Shown: positions 1 to 13,170, counted from the first letter of the stretch. The stretch: 64,000 nucleotides of DNA from Octopus sinensis (GCF_006345805.1 NC_043004.1:81468001-81532000); one strand, 5' to 3'. Made by a program: numbers and translations. Notes: generated by a model not told the origin, from the sequence alone.

Positions 1-2
1 CT

Positions 3-77
3 TGGCCTGTACTTATCGATGACTTTGTGGAATATGCACGTCCAATTATCCAGGGTTGCAGAAGTACCACTGTATGA
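3..77 (+). CDS. DCUN1D1: Terminal coding exon (partial) of DCN1-like protein (DCUN1D1/2-type cullin neddylation E3)
   Basis: Frame 3 reads WPVLIDDFVEYARPIIQGCRSTTV*, matching the recalled DCUN1D1 C-terminus (AWPVLIDDFVEFARPQIAGTKSTTV). TGA at 75-77. The rest of the gene is upstream of the window. Confidence 0.9.
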   Translation, partial: WPVLIDDFVEYARPIIQGCRSTTV

Positions 78-506
78 GTGTTGGCCTTCGGTTGATCAGT
101 CAACCTTCTTCCTACTGCTCGTGTGCCAACGTGACTATGCCTGCGCTTGATACCACAAAAATTAAAGCCACAATGATGACATTTAAAAAAAAAAAAAGGA
201 AAAAAAAAGCAGAACCTGAAAGTGCTGTTAATAGGTGGTACATGTCACTGCTCACCTACTAACACACACACCTTCACATTGGCAGTCTCTAGTCCCCTCT
301 CCCCACCATTTTTATTATTATTATTATTATTACAATTTCTAGTGTTACCATCTAAAAGGCTTTCTTTGTAGTCAGCAAACTGTTAATATTTAAAGACAAT
401 TTCCATTCTGTGCTCTGGGACATCTTTCTCAATTGGATTTATTAGAGCAAGAAAAAAAAAGATCACATCACACAATGTCGTATAACTTATGGTAAAGAGC
501 AATCTC

Positions 507-544
<38 letters not shown>

Positions 545-957
545 ATTCTCGGTTTGATTCTCTGTCACTCTGTTTGTCTCTCTCTCTCTCCTACCAGAAA
601 TCCCAACTGACTTCATTCATCGTGAAAGAACTTAATTGAAATATTGCCCTTCTTTGATATATTTTTTTTTTTTTTCGTTTTGGTTCTTTATTTTTTTTCG
701 GTCCCCTTCCGTCTGTGACACCTCCTCCATTCCCTCATCCATCTTCTGCCCCCACGCCCCGTTTTTTATTTAACTTCGTTAGAGCTGCCAGAGTTAATTA
801 TGTATTACTGTTTTCTTACAAGTACATTATTTCCGCTAGCAAAGCTACTGACACCTCCTGTTTAGTCGACTAACAACAACCAACGGTGACAACTAACAAC
901 AAACACACACACACAAACAACAAACCTTATAAAACACAGAAATGTCTTGTCATTTCA

Positions 958-1174
958 AATAAAAAAAAAAATTGCATTTTGCAATTTTTTTTTTCTCCCA
1001 TTATTCACAGAAAAAAAAAAATATTTATTACGTTGTTATTTATTCACCGATCCCCCCCACACACACACTTTAAAAAAAGTTTTTGCTCTTTTTGGTTTAT
1101 ATATATATTTTTTTTTTTCTTTTTGTCCTGTCAATGCTATGAGGAAAATGATGGGTAAAAGGCGCAAAAATAAA
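958..1174 (+). terminator. Candidate polyadenylation signals of the DCN1-like gene
   Basis: AATAAA at 958-963 and 1169-1174, downstream of a U-rich, UTR-like region. Usage cannot be shown from DNA. Confidence 0.35.
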
Positions 1175-1321
1175 AAACTGATATTTGTGATAACTTATAA
1201 GTCAATCATTTTTAATCTGGCTAAAGGGACCCACTTGCACACCCACATACCACCCTTTTAGTTGAATTGGAATCTCCTATTAAATTTCTGTTTCTGCACC
1301 CCTCTTGAAAATATTATTTGG

Positions 1322-2016
1322 GCAGTGAGCTTGCAGAATTGTTACTGTGCCAGGCAGGATGCTTAGCAGGATGTCGTCTGTCTTTATGTTCTGAGTTCAA
1401 ATTCCGCTGAGGTCGACTTTGCTTTTCATCCTTTCGGAGTTGATAAAATAAAGTCCCAGTTGAATGCTGGTGTTAAAGTAATTGACTAGCGCCCACCACC
1501 CCTGAAAAAATTCAGGCCTTGTGTGCCTGTAGTAGAAAGGATTATTATTATTATTATGAACTCTGATGTTCCGGTGGAATCATTAAAGCAATGTTTGTTC
1601 CGATTCTGCACTCTACCAAGATTGACTTTTTTGTTTTTTTTTTGTTTTTTGGGGGGAAGTGGGGAGACAAGCTGACCGAATCATTAGCAGAATCAGACAA
1701 ATTGCTTAGCAGTATTTTCTTCCAACTCTTGACATTATGAGTTCAAATTCCACTAAGGTCAACTTTGCCTTTCATCCTTTCAGGGAACGATAAGTACTGG
1801 GGTCAACGTTATCAACTTGCTCCATGCCCCTAAAATTGCTGCCCTAAATTCTGCTCAAAAAGGGAAAGTTTTATGCTATTTTCATCTTATTCTTTAAATT
1901 GTATACATTTCAAATCTTGTCTTGGCGCCTAATATTTATTCTCTATTTAAACTTTTTATTTTCAATTAACTTTAAATAGAAAAATTTATGCATATTTTTC
2001 ATTCTTATCTCGTTTA

Positions 2017-2056
<40 letters not shown>

Positions 2057-3085
2057 AGTTATAAGCTTCTTTCAATCTCAGTTTTTTCTTTTTTTTTTTT
2101 ATTTAATATATTTGTTTTTAATTCAAAATACCTGTTAAGAGAATGTTTAACAAACTTTTTTCTTTGTTTATGCTTTTAACTCTTTGGCATTTAAACTAAC
2201 CATATTCACCCTAAGCATTCTGTTTTATGTTGGAGCTGGCCAGATCCGGCCTATCACACCTACCATACAATGTTACTCTGAAGATAAGCAACCACAACAT
2301 CAAAACCTTAAAGCTACAACATAATGCTTGATTAATTTAAAACGGTGTGAATAAATGATTACATATGACTAATTTGAATGCTAAAGGGTTAAAAAGCAAA
2401 AAAAGAAACCTTATATTATTTTCAATTTTTCTATTATAATTATCAAAAAAATGGTGACTTGGTACAGCACCAGACAAAATCTTTTGTAGTTTAGAGTTAA
2501 ATTTTTGTGTTCAAATTCTGCTGGCATTGACTTTTCCATTTTCTATCTTTGCCAGAGTTAAGTCTTCAGTCACTGGGGTTGATTTATAGATCTGCAACAA
2601 TTTGTGGCTTTGTGCTAGTGTTAGAAATTATTATTATTATTATTATTGTGGGGTGAGCTGGCAGAACTATTAGTATGTCAAAATGCTTTGTGGCATTTCA
2701 CTTGGCTCTTTATGTCCAGGGTTCAAATTCCACCGAGGTCGATTTTTACCTTTTATCCTTTCAAGGTTGATAAAATAAGTACCAGTTGCATACTGGGGTT
2801 CGATGAAATCGACTTACAACTTTCCCCAAAATTGCTGGCCTTTTGTCAAAATTTAAAACCATTATTATTATTAGAAATGCGAGCTGGCATTGGAGCATTG
2901 GAAGAAAATGCCTTACAGTATTTTCTTTTTTATTTCTTTACATTCTGAGTTCAAATCTTGCCTAGTTCAACTTTGCCTTTCGTCCATTAGGGGTCCATAA
3001 AATAAAGTACCAGTCTGTGGACAGAACATCAGTATCCTCTAATCCCCTTTCCCCAAAATATCAGGCTTTGTGCCTATAGAAAGGA
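1322..3085 (+). mobile_element. Cluster of tRNA-derived SINE family 1 copies (about 1322-1540, 1668-1845, 2650-2870, 2878-3085)
   Basis: Head GAGCTGGCAGAA..GTTCTGAGTTCAAATTCC (A/B-box-like), core GTCGACTTTGCCTTTCATCCTTTCGGGGTCGATAAA..AAGTACC (resembles the Meta-domain, from recall), tail GTAGAAAGGA(TTA)n. More than 25 copies occur across the window. Confidence 0.8.
2180..2388. mobile_element. TTAA-flanked MITE family A (piggyBac-like ends)
   Basis: TTAA at 2176-2179 and 2389-2392; ends CTCTTTGGCATT / AATGCTAAAGGG; homologous to 6479-6696. Confidence 0.7.
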
Positions 3086-4034
3086 TTACTATTAATAATA
3101 ATAATAATAATCCTTGTGGCACAGTTGTTGAGTAGATGTGGTACTTGACCATGGTACCTATCTTCTTCATGAGCATGTAACTTAACTGAAAGCAGTCTTT
3201 TTTTTTCTATTAAGCCGGCACTTAGCAAAACATATGCAATAACAGTTTCAGTTTAGAATATTTAAAAATTTTGATCTCTTAATATGATTATTATCAAGAG
3301 GTAGCTGAGGTTTTGCTACAGTACACAAGGTGGGTTTTTTTTTTAATTTTTTTTTTATTTTTAACTTTATATAATCAAAAATATATGGTAACAGGAACCA
3401 TGGTCAAGTTGTATGTCCAGATATTGTTTCTATGATGTAAAAGACTGATTTTTTTTTTTTAACTTTTTATCATGGGGCTCTTGTCAGTGGCTTGAAATCT
3501 GCTTCTCTTTATTTTTATTATATATTTCCATATATATATAGATATATAATTCTTTTTTTTTTTTTTTACTTTTTAATCTGCACAAATCCACTCTTTGAAC
3601 ACTTAATTAGTCTTCAGGTAAAATAAGTAAATAACTGAGTGCAAATTTAATTCAGTGACATCATTTTTTTTTTTTTTTTTTTTTTAGATCTATTTTCATT
3701 TTACATTCTGCTTGATTTAATATGTTACTTTATTTAATTTTTTTTTAAAAATTAAATACTGGCAATTAACTTAGTTTTTTTAATATATATATATATATAT
3801 ATATGTATAAATATATGAGATTGTGAGATAATGCTTGAATCAATATACTACGAATTTGGTTTTATGATGTAAAGATATTTAAAAGCTAAACTGGGACTCG
3901 CTCTCCTAATTGTCACAGTATCATTTCACTGGCCTGCAAAATGTTAATAATGCTGATCTCTACTATAGATACCTAAATATTTGCATGGTTCTGTGTGCAT
4001 GTGTCACCAGCATGGCCGGAGGTCAGAGTTCTCT

Positions 4035-4340
4035 TCACAAATTCTGATACCTTGGTTTTAATCTCACTACTAAGATGCTTAAGGCAGGTGTCTTTGACTC
4101 CAGCCATGGGTCAGCCCCTAGTGTGTGTCTGTGTGTAAAATAGGGTAGGTGCCAACTGTGACCTCCTTTAAGGGTGAACTGTAACATGTAGTTCCATGTG
4201 CCAGCCTTCGCACACTCTATCTCTCTGATTCTGTTGAAAGGTTTGTGTAAAGAGCACAAGTGTCTGTAGTATACTCAGCCATTATAAAACAGTTAGTAGG
4301 CAGGCAGTGCTATTGATCGAACAACTGGGAACATTCAACA
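4035..4340 (+). mobile_element. Old, degraded copy of tRNA-derived SINE family 3
   Basis: 3' part GTGTCTGTAGTATACTCAGCCA..TTGATCGAACAACTGG matches the reverse complement of 25362-25470. Confidence 0.5.
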
Positions 4341-6478
4341 TCAAGACTAGACTCATTCACACACACACACTATACTTTTTTCCAAAAGGGACAATGTAAC
4401 GCAAGAAATAAACGTTAGTATTTTATATATACATATATATATATATATAAATGTTTTATACATACACACACTCAACATCATTTAACTTAAATAGTTTTGG
4501 AATATTATATTGGCAGCAATTGAAAAGAAAGAGAACTTCTTTCCTTGAAACTTTTTTTGTTTTGAACACAGGTGTATTTGTGTTTTTTTTTGTTTGTTTT
4601 TCTTTTCTATTACCTGAAGAATTTTTGTTTTTTTTTTTATTCCATTCTTCATGATTGTTTCCACATTTTTTTTGTTAATGTCCTCTTTCAATCCAATACA
4701 GAACTATGCAGTCAGCAGTTCATATTCTTCAACTAACAACTCACCTTTCTGTTTTGTTCCTTTTTTTTTTTTTTCTTTCCGTATCACTCAATTTTTTTTT
4801 TTTTCTTTGTCCTTCTTCTTGGTTCCTTTGCATGCCCATATGCCAAAATTTCTGAAAATGGGCTGCCTTATTAACAATACTTCATGTCATCTCTGTGGTT
4901 AGTGACAGGAAGATGTAGCCTTGGATGGTAAGTGGAATTCACTGGCTCGAAATAGCTTGATGGTAAGATGGTGTGTACACTTGGAAAATTCAATAAATAT
5001 TTTGTCGGAAAAAAAAAAATTAAACATTAAAAACAGCAAAAATATATTTTTTCTAAATTTTATTATATGGTAATTTCTTTTGTATTTCACAAAAAAAAAC
5101 CTATCTTTGCCTATATTTCTCCCCAGATTAGATTCCGAAGAGTGCTGCAACTGGGGTATCCATGTATCTACTCTAAAACAAGACACCTACATCTGTCCCC
5201 TCGATACCTTAAATCTCTCAACTGGCACAAGGCCACATCTCAATAATACTCCCTACTTCTCAGTCAGTGGTTTTTTTTCGTTTCATAAGGTATGGTGACC
5301 CTGCCAGTGCTGGTGTCACAGCACTGAGAATGGTGTGACATAAGAAGTACCCAGTGCACTCTGTAAAGTGGTTGGTGTTAGGAAGGGCTTCCAGCTGTAG
5401 AAATCATAGTAGAACAGACTACGGAACCTCGTGTGGCTCCTGCCGGCATGGAAAACAAATGTTTTGAATTTTTTCATAATGCAGAAACCTGGATTAATAG
5501 TTGGAGGGGATGGCCATGTGATTAAGTTTGCTCCCCAATCATGTGGTCTCCTGTTCAGTCCCACTTCGTGCATACGCCTTATAGCTCCAGACCAACAGAA
5601 GGTTTGTGGGTGGATTTGGTGGAAGGAAACTGAAATAAGGCTGGTGTGTGTACACATGCATCCTCTGGTGTTTTGATATCACAGTTATAAACAAGTGTGA
5701 CCATCGTGCAAACAGTCCTTCATTTGCAATCTTCTGTGGGAACATGTCCCTCCATGGGAAAATATTCTTGCTTGGAAATAGGTATCGGATGGCAACAGGA
5801 AAAGCATCTGGCCATAGAAAAAAGATCTACCTCAAATTCCATGTAACCTATGCAAGCATGGAAAGGTGAACTTGTAAATAAGATAACATTACATTTAGGG
5901 CAGTGTTTCTCAACAGGGATTCATATAAGATTTCTGCAACATCAAATGACCGTAAGGGAGTCCAGAGGTAAAAATTGGTTGAGAATCACTGATTTTAGGC
6001 CATCCTTGTCTGAAATGAAACTGCAATAAACTAAATGTATTTCTTTGTATTGTCAAATTGTTAGTGGGTAGCACAGGCTGTATATCTAACTTGTGTAGCT
6101 GTCTGTCATAAATACGTTCACTCCAGCCTGGATACATGTCTTTACAGAGGAATCCTCTTTCTATCATTGATGAGGTGTGAAACAATTTAAAACAAAGCTG
6201 CACTGGTGTATTATTTGAAGGATCTAAATATCTGTGTGTGCATATAAACTGTGGTACCATTTACAAAGTAGTGTTGGTGACACAAAATACACCCGATAAA
6301 AAGTGAAGTGGCTGGCATTAGGAAGGGCATCCAGCCATAAAAACCTTGCCAGAGCAAACAGTCGGAGCCTGGTGCAAACTGTCCAACCCATACCCGCATG
6401 GAAAGCTGATGTTAAATGGTGATGTAACCAATTAAAGAAGTCTGGGGTTTTTTTGTTGTTTTTTTTTGTACCATTTAA

Positions 6479-6696
6479 CCCTTTAGTGTTTAAACTGGCC
6501 ATATCAGGCCAAAATTGTCTTACTGTTTTATGCTCAAACTAGCTAGCTCTGACCTCTCACACCTACCCTACAAAGTCATTCTAAAAATAAACAGGGTCAT
6601 CATCAAAATCTCAGAGTTACAAGATGCTGTACAATTAATTTAAAACAATGTAATTAAGCAGGCTTCACATTTGACAGTAATCTGAATGCTAAAGGG
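6479..6696. mobile_element. TTAA-flanked MITE family A
   Basis: TTAA|CCCTTTAG...CTAAAGGG|TTAA. Confidence 0.8.
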
Positions 6697-6947
6697 TTAA
6701 AGGCTGGTTCCCTAGGATAGTAAATTAACAGTTCAGTCAATGAAGTGTGACTAGAGAGGCTGCTAAGAACATACATGAGGTTCATCCTATCTTGGATTTG
6801 GAACATACATGACCCCAAAGGGAAGAAACATTCTCCAGTGACAAAAGAAAAGAGGTAACCATTTGCTATTTTAGGAGAATGTTTGAATTTGCTTGATCAC
6901 ATTAAGAGTGAATAGTTATCATTTAGATTTGTGTGTGTGTGCTTCAT

Positions 6948-8150
6948 GAATTATCTATTTGGTAGACTTCAGCAAATAATTTGTCTACTAATTTCTGTAA
7001 AGAAGAGTGACTTTGATGAGATACAATTAGGCCAAAACACCACTGTTTCAAGTTTCCTTATATCAATGAATCAGGTGTTATGAACACCTTTTCTAAAGGG
7101 AAGTGTTCTCTGATGGTGAAAATCAATGATAATCAGCAAATTCATGATTGAATCTGCCAGAACACTTATGTACAGACATGGTTGTGTGGTTAAGAGGTTT
7201 GCTTCCCAAACTACATGGTTTCAGGTTCAGTCCCGCCTTGGGCAAGTGTCTTCTAGATATGCTATTGTTTGGATTATCTGTTTAGCAAATAATTCGTTTG
7301 CTGTTTCCTATAAATAAGAGTTAGTACTCTTGTTTCATTCATTGGTCCAGAGTGACTTTGAGGAGACATTCAATTAGCTCAAAACACCACTGTCCCAAAG
7401 TTCCCTCATGTCAATGAATCCTGTCTGTTATGAACACATATTTGCAAAAGAAGTGTTCTCTGATGAGGAAAATTAAAGATTGAGTCTACCAGAACATATG
7501 AAAAATAAATTCTTACTCTTCTGCATGCACCTCAAGAATTATCTGTTTAGCAGATATCAGCAAATAATTAATTCATTTGCTGATTCCTATAAATAAGAGC
7601 CAGCACTCTTGTTAGCTTTGTTGGTCCAGAGTGACTGAGGCGACATACAATTAGGTCAAAACACCAGAGTGTCTCAAAGTTGCACTACACTGGTGAACTG
7701 CCATGTTTTATGAATACACATCTTCTAAAGGTAAGATATGTTTTCCAATAATGGAAAACTAGTGATCAGCATATAGGCACATGTGGCTGTGTGGTAAGAA
7801 GCTTGCTTCTAAACCATGCAGTTCCAGGTTCAATCCCACTGCATGGCAGTTTGGACGAGTGTCTTCTATAGCTTCAGGCATACCAAATCCTTGTGAGTGA
7901 ATTTGTCGGTAGAAACGGAAAGAAACCCATTGGATATTTATATATGTGTGTCTGTCTGTCTGTCCCCCATTACTGCTTGACAACCAGTGTTAGTGTGTTT
8001 ATGTCCCTGTAACTTAGCAGTTCTGCAAAATAGAATAAGTACTGGAGTCAATTCATCTGACTACGAATTCTTCAAAGTGGTGCCACAGTCTAATGACTGA
8101 AACAAGTAAATAATAGATGGAAATTATTCACATTCAAATCTGCTAGAACA
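6948..8150. repeat. Three diverged tandem units of about 260-290 bp, interrupted by SINEs
   Basis: Recurring AATTATCT..TAGCAAATAAT, AGAGTGAC..CAATTAG..CAAAACACCA..TTATGAACAC..GTGTTCTCTGATG..CCAGAACA in units starting near 6948, 7272 and 7537. Confidence 0.7.
7775..8115 (+). mobile_element. tRNA-derived SINE family 2 (other copies about 9541-9810, 24690-25210, 36190-36700, 55620-56165)
   Basis: GGCTGTGTGGTAAGAAGCTTGCTTC..GGTTCAATCCCACTG head, CCTTGTGAGTGGATTTGG, (GT)n spacer, tail ..AATGACTGAAACAAG. Confidence 0.8.
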
Positions 8151-8285
8151 TTTTAAGAATGAATTGACACCTTATAGTTTGGATTTATCACTTTCACCAA
8201 GGCATTCCTGCTCTTAATTTCTTGGAATATGAGACAACTGAACTGTCTGGTTTAGTGTCGTTTTTAATTTTAATAAAGAGTAAAT

Positions 8286-9004
8286 TTATTCAATAAAATC
8301 GCCATTGGTGTCAACCACAGCCTCAAGATGACTTCGGAATCTCCTACAGCTCTTCTGGACGGTCTCCTTGTATAAGCTGGTGAATGCTACCACAATCTTT
8401 GCCTTCAGTTCATCTTTGGTGTTACAAGGAGTTTTGTTGGTCTCTCACTCAACTGTACCCCACACATAAAAATCAAGGGGTTTGAAGTCTGGGGAGTTAG
8501 GTAGCCAGATGTGGTTGCAAAAATTATCTGATAGCCATGACTGGGTTCTCCTGCTTGTGTGGCATGGTGCAGAGTCCTGTTACCAGACAGGGTCTTCCAG
8601 CAGCCGCCCTGTTGGCCCAAAGCAACACTACCTCCTCCATGCACTTGAAGTAGGCCTCCGTGTTGAGTCTGAGACCATATGCAAGGATGAATGGAGACAT
8701 AATATTGTCATCACTAGTGATCACTCCAAACATCATGATATTGACTGGATGTTTGATTTTTATCACTACTGGTACATGTCTTCAGATTGACACCCTAACA
8801 CTTCGAAATATTCGTACTGGAGCCTCTGGCATGAATGCAAAGCAGTACAGCATGTCATTTCCTAATTTCTGGCAGAGTGAATTGTGTCCTTGTGCTGTTT
8901 TCCTCACAGACAGTGCCCAACAGACCCTACTATACTGTGTAATTGACAAAATCAAAAAGAATGCACGAAATTAAAAATATAAAATGGCAACAGTTTGCAC
9001 ACTG
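8286..9004 (-). mobile_element. Decayed Tc1/mariner-superfamily transposon, maT/DD37D-like
   Basis: Minus-strand fragments HPVNIMMFGVITSD..GLRLNTEAY..AAGRP, PNSPDFKPLDFYVW and VVDTNGDFIE* (stop 8286-8288); terminus CAGTGTGCAAAC at 9004 flanked by TA. Confidence 0.7.
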
Positions 9005-9120
9005 TATATATTTTAATATTTTGCTTAGGCATAGCAAGTCTTATAACCTGGTGTAGAACTCAATATACATATGGTCCAGAACACAATGGTAGATGAGTAT
9101 AGGGTGGTAATAGAAAACAA

Positions 9121-9421
9121 AGAGATGACACCAGAAAAAAACCCAAATGTTATGCAATGAACATCACTTACAACTGTTTCTACTCTAAGACGTAGTGGAC
9201 TCTGAGTTGAGTTCCAGGATAACTTTCTCACTCATAACACCTGTATGTTCTGAAAATGTAACTTTCCCAAACAAAGTGCACTTCGTATTCTAGTCTCTGA
9301 TGAAGATATAGGCTGTTATCCTTGGTACTCAACTAAAGAGTCCACTGCATCTCATAGCAGAGACAGTTGTAAGCTAATGAAGCTCATTACAAAACATCTG
9401 GTTTTTCTTGTGTCATCTCTT
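9121..9421. repeat. Inverted repeat (arms 9121-9223 and 9315-9421) resembling Penelope-type terminal repeats
   Basis: The arms are diverged reverse complements over about 105 bp; CTGATGA at 9297-9303 and GA(A/G)ACAGTTGTA in both arms. Confidence 0.6.
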
Positions 9422-9918
9422 CTATATATATATATATATATATATATTAAGGGCATTACTATACATAAATGTCTCACGCTAGGAGGGACTCTTAAAGTCA
9501 AAACTACCATTAAATTGTGTGTGTGTGTGTATATATATATGTGCAGTAGTGGCTGTGTGATAAGTAGCTTGCTTACCAACCACATGGTCCTGGGTTCAGT
9601 CCCACTGCATAGCACTTTGAGCAAGTGTCTTCTACTATAGCCTCGGGCCAACCAAAGCCTTGTGAGTGGATTTGGTAGACAGAAACTGAGAGAAGCCTGT
9701 CGTATATGTATATATGTGTGTGTGTGTGTGTGGTCCTAGGGTCGATTTGTTTGGCTAAAGGCAGTGCTCCAGCATGGCCACAGTCAAATGACTGAAACAA
9801 ATACAAGAATTTATAGATAGATAGATTGATTGATTGATATGAACAGAAAGATAAGTTTATATGTACATAACATGTATAAATATATATATATATATATATA
9901 TACGTGTGTGTATTTATG

Positions 9919-9950
<32 letters not shown>

Positions 9951-10412
9951 TAGAAGGAGAGACTCACACACAGCATTGATTTAAACATAGAAACAAGCTG
10001 TGATGTTGCTATATGTGTAAAGGAACTGCTGGAGTTTTTCCAAAAACTGGGAATAGATGAAGCTAAATTAAAAGACCAGCCTTAATTAGATACATATTTG
10101 ATTGATTACAACTCATTCATTAGATTTATTACATATATATATATTACATATATATACATACATATATATATATATACATATACATTATATATATATTACA
10201 CACACACACATATATATATATATATTATATAACACTGGGCTAGTGATACCACTGTGGTGTTTTATTTTTTTGCCACAATTAGATATAATTAATATTTGTA
10301 GGTTGTTTTCAGTCTTTGGACTGTGGCCACGCTGGGGCTCCACCTTGAAGGGTCTTAGTGAAACAAATGAATGCCATTGATTATGTTGTTTTTTGCTGAA
10401 CTGTTATGTTAT

Positions 10413-11583
10413 ATAATAATATAATAATAATAATTGTGTACAGTGCTCAGGTGCACTACAACTCATCTAAAGTGTATATATAATCAGGTGTAGTTTCGGC
10501 GGATTTCGGAAAGCATGAGGGCCTTAAAAGATGCAGTGTCATGGCAGTCAACAACTGACGCAGGCAGTTTATTCCATGCTTCAGCAACTCTGAGCGTGAA
10601 AAAATGTTTCCGAAAGTCATGGGAGCTGTATTGTTTTCTGACTTTGTAGGCATGTCCACGTGTGTTAGACACATGGAGATCAAAAAGGTGTTCAGTGTTG
10701 TTGTTGGTGAGGTGGTTGATAACTTTGTGGGTGTTTACCAAGTCCGTCGCCAAACGCCGGAGCTTCAGTGAATCCATGCCCAGGGAAACAAGGCGCTCAG
10801 AATATGGCAGGTGTCTGATGGAGGGTATGCGTTTGGTTGCACGTCTCTGGACAGATTCCAGGAGGTCAATGTTCTGTGCAAGATAGGGGTTCCAAACTGA
10901 TGATGCGAATTCCAAATGTGGTCGTACCATAGCTGTATACAGTTTTAAATAGATGGCTGGAGAGCGGCTAACAAAAGACCTGCTGAGTGATGCCAAGACA
11001 CCCTCGGCCTTCCTGACAATCTTAGAGATATGCTTTGACCAACGCAAATCACTGCTGACAGTGATGCCTAGGTCACGCTCGCAAGAGGATTTCTTGATAT
11101 CAGTGTTGTGGAGGGAGTATGTGAACGCAGGGTTTTTTCTCCCAAAATGCATGGTGGTACACTTGTCCACAGCCAGTTTCAGTTGCCAGTCTGTGATCCA
11201 TTGCTGCATTGTGTCTAGGTCTGATTGCAGGAAAGAGTTGTAGACATCAGGATCTGTCCTCTTGATTTCAAGGTACAGCTTGATGTCGTCTGCATATTTC
11301 AATACTGTGGCATTCTTTAAATTGGCATCTATGTCGTTAATGTATGCCACAAACAAGAGGGGACCAAGGACAGATCCCTGTGGTACACCCGATGACATCT
11401 CATATGGTGTAGAGTGCTGTCCTAGAACTGTGACTACCTCCTTTCGGCTGAGGATGAAGGATTTCAACCAGTTAAAAAGGTCATCCCCCACACCCATTGC
11501 AGAGAGTTTCACCATAAGCCTTTTGTGTGGCACAGAGTTGAAAGCCTTAGCAAAGTCAAGGTAGACAACATCCACCCATGAGC
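10413..11583 (-). mobile_element. Young 5'-truncated CR1-type LINE (RT C-terminal half, uninterrupted frame)
   Basis: [35 protein letters not shown] and VRPHLEFASSVWNPY motifs; stop at 10484; short 3'UTR and (ATT)n tail; nearly identical to 37048-38220. Confidence 0.95.
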
Positions 11584-11859
11584 TGGTGTGCAGGGGGTTG
11601 GGGTGGGGGTCAAACACAGACACTAAGACACAGAGAGATAAGTTTGGAAATATGAGAAATTGAACACTCAATCTTGAAATGAGCTATTCACAAACAGTAT
11701 TGACCTCAATCCTACATTTTTCTGCCTCCAAATGTTTGTAACAACTACAGAAAGATCTATTTGATAAAAGCCAGTCTCGTATGTCATAAGATTTCATTAT
11801 GGCATTTGCTTATTGAAGAGATGGAATTCTTTTCTTTCCTTCTCATTGAACACTTATGC

Positions 11860-12277
11860 GGGATCTTTTCGGTTTGAATGGCAGTTTTTAACATAATTTC
11901 TAGGTAACTAAAAAATTTTAAACTTTGTATACTGGTAGAATACTGGTAGAAAACATCTTTTTCTCTTGGTTTATTGAGAAAATTCTATGGTTTGTAAGAT
12001 ATTTGTTGTTTTTTTTTCTTCTATTTCAACCAATCACTGACGTCCATTGAGGTAAAAAACATTCTGTCCCATATGAATATGTCCCTCGTTTAAGAAACAG
12101 ATTAGGTTTATTTACATTTGTGAAGAAAAAAAGATACCCTTTCTCCCACCCCTAACCCTAACTAACCCTAGCCCTAAAACATGGAAATGCAATAGATCGA
12201 TACTAGGGTCATAATTATGGGAGTCAATTTCATATGACACCGTTAGAAAAAACTGCCTTTCAAATCGAACAGATCCC
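11860..12277. mobile_element. MITE with GGGATCTTTTCGG TIRs and 6-bp TSD
   Basis: TTATGC at 11854-11859 and 12278-12283; TIRs of about 30 bp; internal (CCCTAA)-like repeats at about 12149-12177. Confidence 0.85.
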
Positions 12278-12289
12278 TTATGCGTTATC

Positions 12290-13170
12290 TTTGACAGGAC
12301 ACTCCATCATTGTATAACTAGTTTAGCAGTGTGGTTTTTTATTAACCATACAGGTCTTTCATAGAGGGGACACATAACATCAAACAAAATTATCATATGA
12401 TATGATGAGAAAAAGGGTGAAAATGAGAGATGAAAGTGATGTTAACTGCTCCATCAGTCAACATCACTTACTCGTCCGTTTTTTCCTATTTTACCGCAAA
12501 AACCACAAAGTCCACAAATTTAACCTCGTATATTTCTTCTAGTTTATTCCTCTTTTCCACTGCCAATGTTCCTCTTATTAACATATATTCATCCTCAAGT
12601 TCTTTCTCCCGACTTTTTGACATTACCAATTCCATTTTCTGATGCCAGCCATCTGGCATTTCTATCTTTCCCCATATTTTCACTCTTTCATATAAACGTT
12701 TGCTGTCAATAATACCTATACAATATTCTTCAGAGTTGGGGGTTTTGTGTTATCATTTGTTTGTTTTCTGTTTTCTTGTTGAGTGGGTGGATTTAGTGTC
12801 TGCAGGGATGGGGTGGGACACAATGGGTGAGGGTGGTGCTGGCATGGATTGGGGTTCACAGTTGCTTGCGTTTTTTTCTTTTCCGCTGTTTTCTTTTTCC
12901 TGGGGTTTCCCACTGTTTTCCCTCTTCCTTCACTTGACTCTCCTTTTCTTCTGTTCCTTCTAGTTTAGCAGTGGTCAGCCCTTGGGCTGGGGTTGTACAT
13001 GTGAACTTCCTCCATTGTCTCTATACAGCCCGAGATGGCTGTATGGAGACAAATATTTCCTGTGTTCCTCTCTGAGACCAGTATGGAAGCAGCTATCTCT
13101 TTTAGTGAATAAGATAAACATCAAATATTGTGAGAATTCTTCAAAAAGTGATACAAATATGCAGTCTGGC
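12290..13170 (-). mobile_element. Decayed coding-like segment, possibly a non-LTR ORF1 relic
   Basis: Broken minus-strand frames with a degenerate knuckle-like CFHTGLREEHRKY, a basic patch WETPGKRKQRKRKKRK and an open stretch of about 80 codons. No confident family match. Confidence 0.3.

Noticed and set aside
1-183. Minus-strand reading HTVVLLQP reminiscent of ERH
   Set aside because: The plus-strand frame matches the DCN1 C-terminus far better; the similarity is incidental.
4909-5155. Exon-like segments 4909-4927 (donor GTAAGT) and 5127-5155
   Set aside because: Short, with no recognisable peptide and no support without transcripts; they could be UTR exons but this cannot be shown.
10662-11564. 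Plus-strand ORFs antisense to the CR1 RT (also 37301-38088, 50519-50870, 52336-52973)
   Set aside because: Shadow ORFs of retroelement coding strands.
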